Source: Octopus vulgaris (taxonomy: Eukaryota). Taken from it: 64,000 bases of DNA. The stretch is from NCBI GenBank assembly GCA_951406725.2, contig OX597814.1:79918001-79982000 (forward strand). Direction: 5' to 3'. The notes below the pieces were generated by a model. The model worked only from the letters and a program-made list of their open reading frames with translations. It was not told the origin of the DNA and did not search any database. Position numbers and translations under genes: made by a program. Of this stretch, positions 54,628 to 64,000 are shown piece by piece. Positions within the stretch are counted from its first letter, which is position 1, and every line of letters starts with the position of its first letter.

Positions 54628-55456
54628 TGATAGAAAAGAAAATTAAGTAAAATATACATATACCTTATTTGTGGGTTAACAAGCGTATATATGTATATAT
54701 TCACACACACACATATACACACAAATAATACATTATATTATATATTATATTTTAATGTGGCAAGCTTCCAGAACCGTTTGGGCGCCGGACAAAATTTTTT
54801 TGTCATTTCGTCTGTCATTACCTCTTCAGTTCAAATTCCATCGAAGTCGACTTTACTCTCATCCTTCCGGGGTCAATGAAACAAGTACCAGTTGAGTCCA
54901 GTCCCTAAAATTATTTCAGGCCTTGTACCTAGAGTAGAAAGAATATGTTATATTACACAGACATGTGAAGGGTTCAGCGCAGATTCCATTCACATAAATT
55001 TCATTCATAATGCTTTGATCGACTGATGGTCAGAGTAGAAGCCACTTACAAAAGAGCTGCAAGTGGATTCGAACACGTGATCTTGTGCTTATGAAGTGTA
55101 TGTTCTAACCACACAGCTCTACCCGTTCGTATCGTTGCATTACTGGATGGTTTCGTTTCCTTAGAGTAACATTAAATGAGTGATGTGAAAACCAAAATTG
55201 GTTGGTTGTCAACCACTAACTACGGCTGGAATATGAAAATAGACATTTTGAATGAAAGTTGCCAACCATCGCAACCAACCGACAACTATTAATGTTGCTA
55301 GTCTATTTATGGACTAGAAATAATTCTGTTACGCGTTCGCGCGCGCCCGCGCACACACACACATACACACGTCCGCGCGTGCATAAACACACGCACACAC
55401 ACTACACACAGACACACACGCACGTACTCACATATATATATGCAAATACATATGTG

Positions 55457-55516
<60 letters not shown>

Positions 55517-56851
55517 TGTATATATAAATATTTGTATGTTTGTGTTAATGTATCTGCACATACACATATATATATATACATACGTACATACACATATATA
55601 TATATATACACACATATATGTCTGTGTGTATGAATGAGAAAGAGCGAGTGAGAAGGGGAGAGCGAGAGAGAGAGAAGGAGAGAGAGAGAGGGGGGGCAAG
55701 CTTGTTTCATCGCGGCATGTATGAACAGAAAAAAGAAATCAATAGCTAATATAGCGAGATCTTCTTTCTTTAGTCAGTCCATGTTTTATCAGACGATGGA
55801 GTTAATTACTCGACTGTTCATCGACTGATCAGCGGTATTCAACAATAAGTAATCATCCTTATTCACTTATAGATAGTTCTTGTGATGTCCAACTGCTTTT
55901 TCTGGCCGCACCCATAGGATGAGCGGAACACAGAACGCTTCAAGCTAACGAACATTCTTGTTAAACTTACAATGCAGCAGCTGTGAGCGTCGCAGCAAGT
56001 CATTCTTCAAGTTTGGAACTAACAATGACTTAGTTTTGTCATTTTTTCTTGCATATCTTTGGCATCCAGTGTTCAATTACCACAAGGCTCGTTTTCCTTT
56101 TTCATTCTTTAGTGAGATCGATAAAACAAGTGCCAGTGAAATATTATCGTCTATTTAATGTGTTGTGTTATATCCATTTCCCACTCTCCTACATTGCAGA
56201 CTTGAGAACTGAGATTCCCGTTGTTAGGTCACTGATATTAAATAAAGTTTGAAATATTTATATATGCAAATCAGTCGCTCCAGCTCTATGAAGCTACTGG
56301 ATTCGTTGTGTATATAAACATTGCTTTTTTTTTTTATTTCTCTGAGATTTGTTAAGTGACGGAGACACTACAGATGAGACCCCAATAAGATTCGAAAAAC
56401 CTATTCAGGCTGTTCGACATTGCTTGTTTTCAATGTAGTTAAATTTCTCCTGTTTATATGTTTACCGCATTGGTTAAATATAAGAGATCCTTAGTAGTCG
56501 GAAGAGAGTGGTGGATACGTGTTGTACTAGCGCGCCAGAAACAGAGAATGGCTTCAGACGATGAACTGGCACAGTATTCAAGGCGGTACCCTAATATGAC
56601 CGCAGTCCAGCAATTGAAACAAGTAGAAGGGAAAGGGTAAACAGGAAAGAAAAGTTAGAAGGAAATGGGTTTAGATCAGTTGTTAGGATGATGACCAGAG
56701 CAAAAGCAATAACAACGACATTATAGGGAACAGAAGCGAATAGGAGCTAAATGCTTTCAAGTTTATAGTGAAATACAGAGTGATGTGGTGAATCAAATAG
56801 TTCAGAGTGCTTTACAGTCGAGGAGAGACCTGGAAAGCTATCACCTATGCA

Positions 56852-56905
<54 letters not shown>

Positions 56906-57740
56906 ATACATTAAAAGTTAGAATAAATCTTGTTAGCATGCTTGCAATGTTACTCAGCCAAAATGGGGGATAATGGGAAAATACTATGAATTAAGTACCC
57001 TTTGAAATGTAAATACGAACGGAATGAAACAAATCTCACGTAAATCAGATTTGTGGTTGCGAAGATATTAAGGGGTTTCGGGGATATAAATATCTAAAAC
57101 GGTGCATAATTAGAAGAAATTACCTTAATCCTGAAAGAGCAGTAACCGTTGCCTTTCGATTAGATAATGACTTGACGAAGAAAAAATACGATTTGTTATT
57201 TTACAGTAAATATTTCTATTTTCGCTTTTGTTAAACAATATTTTAATCATTTGCAAATATTTTTAAGTGAAAGTAATTTCAAAAATGTAAATTGTTTGTA
57301 CGATAAGTATTTATATTCTAGCTTTCTTTAAACATACAATAATTTTATGTTTTTTAAGCTATTTTCAAGTGAATACCATTGCAAAAATGATTTTTTAGCA
57401 TAAATATTTTGTAAAAGACTCGTTTGTAACCTTGCTGTGAAATAATTTTTTCCATAGGCTTTTTTCGAGTGCATGCAACGTATCTCACCTCCAAAGATTT
57501 GGGTGCTATTTGTAGCACACCCTGCTATCACGTAACTGCTATTTGAAATAAATACCTGTTACGTGGTAGCAATGCGTGCTAGAAAAAGCAGCCAAATCTT
57601 TCCTTTTCTAAGGAAAGGAGCCGCTTACGCGTGATTTCGGTGTCACATTCGTTGAAAGCATGCAAAATAACCTGGAAAAAAAACATGAAACAAAATTCCG
57701 TTGCTGGGAAACTCAGAGTTTTCCGGTGACCGAACAGTAT

Positions 57741-57771
<31 letters not shown>

Positions 57772-58317
57772 AACACACACACACATATATATATACATTT
57801 GTATGTACACGCACATATGCGCCTATATATTTATATAAATATATATATATATATATACACACATACGTATATATGCACACTTATAAAGATTTATAGCGCC
57901 CTATGACGTAAGCAATAGCCAGTTTTAATCACGTATAGTGGTTTTCAGAAATTATGAGTGATTCAATATATAAGATTGTATGAGAGGCAATCAACGTTGT
58001 CAGTAACGGAAAATTGTGATTATGAGTGTACTTGCGGAGAAGAGGATTCTTATATACCTTATATAGCTAAAAGTTATTTGAAAGTCCCAGGATATAGTCT
58101 GATGGGTTAAAATTAACCCTCTAACCAAGAGTTAGCGAAATTTCTTTCTCACAGGAAGAACTATGAGAAGACATCATACAGGACATATGTTATAATTGAA
58201 ACTATGATAGAAAGGCACATGAACGAAGTAGTATTAGTGGAGTGTTGACAAAGGCTATTTTAGTTAAATAGAAACATAAACTAGAAATTGTAATTCACTT
58301 CACATTTGCCAGCATAC

Positions 58318-58391
<74 letters not shown>

Positions 58392-58397
58392 ATTATA

Positions 58398-58430
<33 letters not shown>

Positions 58431-59197
58431 GCATATATGTATGTATGTATGTATGTATATATATATATATATACACATATATATATGTATATATATGTAT
58501 ATATGCCACAGCATAAGTCCTATTATACTAACCAGTGTACATTTTTCTCTCCATTCTCTTTCCATCACTCTCCCTTTCTCTTTTTCTCTCTCTCTCTACA
58601 CACACACATACACACTCACGCCCATATATACATAGACGCATACATACGTACACACACACACACACTGAAAACACGCTCTCATTCATACGAACGTACAGAA
58701 TTCTTCATTTGCTTATGTACCAAAGAGCATGTTGTACGTGAGGTCAAGACATTGAAGCAAAGTTGACTTCCGAATCAACTGATTGCTTTGTTTATTTCTT
58801 AGTTTGGCAGTCCCGTTAATTAAACAGAGGAGACTTGATGCCGTGCCGTTAGTGATGAGCAAACAATAGTCTTTAAGTTAGTCATCACATGTGTCAACGA
58901 ATCAGTGACATATCTACTGGAACCACTAAGCACATAGTTTTCACTTGTTTATTGATATAATTAAAGAGGAAGGAGCGAGCCGACCTTCCTTTAGTACTAT
59001 CCATATATTTTTATATATTTTACTATAGCATACCAGAGATTTAAAATGTAAAAATAAGTAAATAAATAAATTATGGGGATCTCCGTCCGTTTCGGTGGTG
59101 AATATTCAATCGTATCCCAAATAGTCACAAATCCTTGTGAGTGAATTTAGTTGACAGAAACTGAAAGAAGCCCGTCATGTATATCTGTCTCTCCCAC

Positions 59198-59236
<39 letters not shown>

Positions 59237-59244
59237 CGCGCGCC

Positions 59245-59280
<36 letters not shown>

Positions 59281-59300
59281 ATATATATAAAATTAATTAT

Positions 59301-60333
59301 AAACCCTGAACGGTTCTCTCTCCTTAAAGGGAAACTTCACCCTCCCTTTTATCTCTGCTGTCCCTCCCTTATTATTCTGAAAGCAACTGTACATGGCAGC
59401 ACCAGGAGTCGCCAGTCAAATTTCCCACGTGTGTTTTAAATGTTGGTCGATTTCTGAATGCTACACATAAAACTGATGGCAAGGTGCCATGGTGAGATGA
59501 AATATATTGGAAAGAGGTCTTAAGTCATCTCAATGTGATACGCAGCATAGTAATACGACCAAAGATCTCACATTCGCATCCGAGTAAAACACAGACGGAC
59601 TTGTATATGGTCTGTAGAGAAAATGATAATCGACTTTACACGAATAACTATTAAACAAGGCAAATAAGTACTGGAGGAAAAAATAGGGGAGAAATAAAAG
59701 CTGATCTTTCAAAGACGCCCACAATGAATTCTCAAACGTATGAGACTTTCCCTCTTTCTGTCATTCAATCTCTTTCACTCTTTATCTCTCCTCGACTTGC
59801 TAAAAGTGAAGGCAATAGAAAATATCAATCGTACTTCTGTATAATGTTAATTTTAAGTTTAAATGACTCTGCGGTTTTCATTTCCCTGACTCTATGTCTT
59901 CACTTGCTTTCTCCACTGTTAAGAGGGGAGGAAATAAAGAGAGAAAAGTGAGAAAAGAAAGAAAATCGATCGTATATAACTCTTAAATGTTTTAAATGAA
60001 CATGGACCAACTAGTTTCATGCTCCAAAGTTATGATGTATTGAGGAACTCAAATAAGAGCGAAATAATGTTATCTGCAGCAACTAAAACATTCAAAATGA
60101 GAAAAAACATGAGTTATATAGAAATAATTTTTCATATGTTCTCTCACTCATAAGAAAAAGACTTCTCAGAATATTAATACAGCAAAATACAAAATTAGAA
60201 ACCCTGAGTGTTTCTCTCCCCTTCATGGGAAATTTCACCCTCCCTTCAATTTCTTAGTAAACCCTCTTTCCCTCCCTCGCTTACTCTGAAAGCAACTACA
60301 GGTAGCAGCACCAGTAGTCACCTGTCAAATTTC
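59301..60333 (+). repeat. Diverged direct repeat of ~125-135 bp (59301-59424 and 60199-60333)
   Basis: AAACCCTGA..TTCTCTC.CCTT.A.GGGAAA.TTCACCCTCCCTT..TCTGAAAGCAACT..GG.AGCACCAG.AGTC.CC.GTCAAATTTC in both copies. Confidence 0.8.
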
Positions 60334-60363
60334 TGAAACACACACACACACGCACACACACAG

Positions 60364-60395
<32 letters not shown>

Positions 60396-60616
60396 CCACA
60401 GGTATGGAGGTTGTGGTTAAGAATGTTGCTTCTCAACCACATGGTTCTGAGTTTAAATCCCATGGCATAAAACTTTTGGTGTCTTCTAATATAATTCCGA
60501 GCCGACTAAAGCCTTGTGAGTAGACTTGTCAGACGGAAACTGAAGGAAGCCCGTCATATATATACATATATGTATGAATTTATGTATGTATATATGTATA
60601 TATGTATGTATGCATT

Positions 60617-61522
60617 TTGGGTCCTCATAAATAATGCGGCTTTTTTTACACGTCTTTTCAGTTTCAAAATTAACAGAAACAAAGTTCTTAATCTAAAATA
60701 TACTTTCCTTCATTTTCTACAATGCTCTTCCATATATTTGGAAGACTTGCAAGCCCCCTCTTCCAAAATTCACTTGTCCGTGACGAAAAATACTTCTCCA
60801 ATACTGTTCTGACCTCGTCTACAGAATTCATATTTTTCCCATATGAATGATTTTGAAGACTGCAGGATAAATGATAATCAGATGGGGCAATGTTAGGCGA
60901 GTATGGTGGGTGGGGCATCGGTTCCCATTAAAACTGATCCAGCCTTTAGAATGTCATTATCCTGATGGGATGGAAGAACACGTTTCGTTTTGAAACCAAA
61001 GATGGTCGTTCTCCCATGGAACGCAGGTGCCGATGAATAGTTGAATGACGAAATCCAAGCTTCTCTGCTAGTTTATCAACAGTTACGATGGAATTTTGTT
61101 CCACCAGGGTGTGCCGTTCGTCATCGTCGAGCTCTACAGATCTTCCAGGACAAGGCTCGTCTTCTAGGCTGTAGTTTCCGGCTCGGAATTTCTGGAACCA
61201 CCGTTAACACTGTCTTATTAACACGCTTATTGTCTGATCCCCATATGCTGCATTGATATTCCTCGCACATTCCGCTACGCTGTTGCCTTTATTGAACTCA
61301 TAAATCAAAATAGGCCAAATATGCTCCATTGTCACTTCCATTATAGTTTTGAAAAAATAATTCAGAAAATCGAACTGAACTCTTCAAACTTGCACTAAGA
61401 ATAAGGACAATGTAAAATTACTACCTGCCTTTATAGCAAGTTGATGCAGGTAGTTTATCTTGTTCCCCTCCGACTTTTCTTTCATGCAATTGAAAAAACC
61501 GCATCATTTAAATAATGACCCA

Positions 61523-61523
<1 letters not shown>
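60617..61523 (-). mobile_element. Internally deleted mariner transposon
   Basis: TIRs TTGGGTCCTCATAAATAATGCGG / CCGCATCATTTAAATAATGACCCAA. N-terminus from ATG 61341 (MEVTMEHIWPILIYEFNKGNSVAECARNINAAYG); C-terminus PHPPYSPNIAPSDYHL..GKYILD* (60688-60918); middle missing. Confidence 0.9.
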
Positions 61524-61579
<56 letters not shown>

Positions 61580-62351
61580 TGCTTATATATGTATCAAAAA
61601 ATGTGTGTAATTTTGTTTTTGTGTTTTTCCCCACCGCCGCTTGATAATCGGTGTCGGTTTGTTTATGTTCCTGTAACTTAGCAGTTCGCAATAAGTACAA
61701 AGCTTATTTGAAAAAATAATAGGTACTGGGGTGATTCGTACGACTAAAACCCGTTAAGGTGGTTGCCCCAGCATGGCCACAGTCCAATGAATGAAACAAG
61801 CTAAAGATAAACGGTTACGTGGCAGAGTATTCCACAGACTTGAAGGTAATTCTCAAATGGAATCAGAATGACTAAACACGTGATAGGCTGGACCTTTCTT
61901 TGGTAAAGGTAAAAATCTGCTCGACGTGTCTGTTTCATTCTCAAACCTTGGATCGCTGGTCCGAGGCGGCGATGACGGACACTTGCCCAAGATGCCATAC
62001 AGTACGATGAAACCCATGACTTCGCGATTGCGAAGCGACGTATTTAGGCATTCAACCAGCTGTGTAGTTGCTGTTGTTGTTGTTGTTGTTGTTCGTGGTG
62101 GTTTTGGTTGGCGGGGGTGCGGTGGTGGTAACGGCGGTGATAGCAACGGCGGTGACGGCAATGGTACCAGTGCCGGCGGCGGCAGCGGCAGTGCTGAGGT
62201 TGAAGTAGTAGTAGTTGTTGTAGTTGCTGTTACTGTTATTACTGTTGAAGACGGCAATGATGTTTAGCCCCAGATCAGCACCTGATGGAGTAAGCCAATT
62301 CTTAAAGGCTGAATCCGTTTCTCTCTCCCTCTCTTTCTGTCTGTCTGTCTG

Positions 62352-62386
<35 letters not shown>

Positions 62387-63437
62387 GTGTGATGGGAAAG
62401 AGAATTTGTAGATATTTGTAAGATTATAAGTAAGATAATTGATAAGAAACCGAAGTGCAATAGTGAAGGCGAAAGACGTCAGCCATTCACAAGTGTTTGC
62501 TCTTTTTAAAGCGCAATAATCAAATTATATACTGTCAAGTCGGTGTTTCTGATTCCGGCTCTCCGAAACCCTTGCGTCTTCTCAATAAATGTTGGTCAGT
62601 AAGTCATTTAGACCTTTTCCTGTTTAATTCTGTATTCGGAATTTTCTTATAAATGGGTGGCATTTCCTTCAGATCGGAACACCATGGTATCTATAAACAC
62701 GTTCTCAGTTAAGACGAATTTTCTTGAGCACGTTTTTCACAACCATCGAAGCGCGAAGCACTCCTCATGACCGCAGGTTCGTGAGATGCTTGTGATCTGT
62801 AAAGAGTTTTGCGTAGGAACCGGAAAGAGAAGTAGGGACACGTAATGCGTGTGTGCACACTGGATTCGTAAAACGGGAGAGACCAATAAAAACGGGAGAG
62901 ACCAATGCGCATGTCAAACAAGTTATATAATGGTCTGCATGCCACGTCTGACACCACTGTCACGCATATTTGCTGCAATTTTCTTATTTAACGTCTTATG
63001 AAGTTAACAAGGCGGAAACACTTTTCAAAGATAGTTTATGATTAAATTTAATGAGACAGAAAGAAAAAGATGGATTGAGTTAAACAAAAGATTTTATTTT
63101 AGGAGATTTTTGAGGCAAGGATTGTATTTCGAAAGCTCCCGATGACTATAACGGTAAGGAAACGCTGGTAGGATTTCAGGAATGGTTACAATATATTTAA
63201 TCGTGATACTTAAAATTGCTTTTCTTAAAAGCGCCTTAAACAATTAAAAATTGTGTTCTAGAAATTTCTGCCGGTAAGCTAACAAGGAAATTTGTAACCG
63301 ATCACTTGATCTGCTAGAAGTAGCAGTCTAGATCAAATCGGATTCAGATTCCATCATACCAAAAGAAGTCACAGAATGGATAATGAAGTCTTTCATACAC
63401 TGTGCTTAAAAATAGAATTTATCTACATATACATACA

Positions 63438-63470
<33 letters not shown>

Positions 63471-63800
63471 GCATGCGCGTGTGTTTGTGTGTGTGCGTGT
63501 GTGTGTGTAAAATAGCAAATAAGGGTATCTTAAATAATATACACGATGAATATTTGATTTAATGAAATCATCTCCGCTTTTAGAGAAGCTTAATCAATGC
63601 CTCTTAGTATTTGGTACTCCTTCCAAAGGAGAAGGTGAGATAAGCGTGAGGATGAAGAATTCTCTTAAACTAGCATGACATTAGGGATTTAAAAAAAACA
63701 GTCTGATTTAGAGGCTTCCACGCAAATTTCATATACCTAGGTACCAGTGGCATAAAGCGTAGAACGAAATAGATTATATGTAGACATGCGAGCGCGTGTG

Positions 63801-63847
<47 letters not shown>

Positions 63848-63851
<4 letters not shown>

Positions 63852-63938
63852 TGTAGGTTTTTCCTAATATATATGTAGAAACAATATGTAGAAACTATAT
63901 ATTGTTTCTACATATATATTAGGAAAAACCTACAAACT
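63848..63938. repeat. Perfect 40-bp inverted repeat with 11-nt spacer
   Basis: AGTTTGTAGGTTTTTCCTAATATATATGTAGAAACAATAT (63848-63887) and its exact reverse complement (63899-63938). Confidence 0.92.
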
Positions 63939-64000
63939 TTGTTCTCATGTTATTGTATTGCATAAGATTACCTTGATTATTTATATTACCTTGATTATTT

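Noticed and set aside
56365-56405. CAGATGAG..CGAAAAA hammerhead-like motif
   Set aside because: Core mutated and stems do not pair convincingly.
56990-57900. Possible non-autonomous DNA transposon (also 22860-23420)
   Set aside because: Could not identify matching TIRs or a TSD.
61853-62267. Pro/Thr-rich and Gly/Val-rich ORFs
   Set aside because: Degenerate (GGT/GTT/GGC)n low complexity joined to SINE fragments.

Overview
AT-rich, microsatellite-dense eukaryotic non-coding DNA. The SINE families and repeat landscape strongly suggest an octopus (cephalopod) genome; this is inference, with no search run. No intact host protein-coding gene is supportable, and almost all listed ORFs are microsatellite artefacts or decayed transposon frames. 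Recognisable content: three Penelope-like element (PLE) remnants, a PHD-bearing CRE-clade retrotransposon, R4/Dong pieces in (TAA)n, RTE and L1/Tx1 fragments, three decayed mariner transposons, two hAT MITEs, many tRNA-derived SINEs and several long fold-back palindromes. The most notable signal, invisible in the ORF track, is about a dozen hammerhead-ribozyme motifs (CUGANGA-stem II-GAAA-stem III-UH) from several sequence families. They include a ~900-bp head-to-head palindrome of a tRNA-headed, hammerhead-tailed element (45916-46812), a tandem pair 332 nt apart (retrozyme-like, 49.2-49.6 kb) and an inverted pair tied to a Naiad-type PLE terminal repeat (54.0-54.5 kb). All structures were read by eye and boundaries are approximate unless stated.
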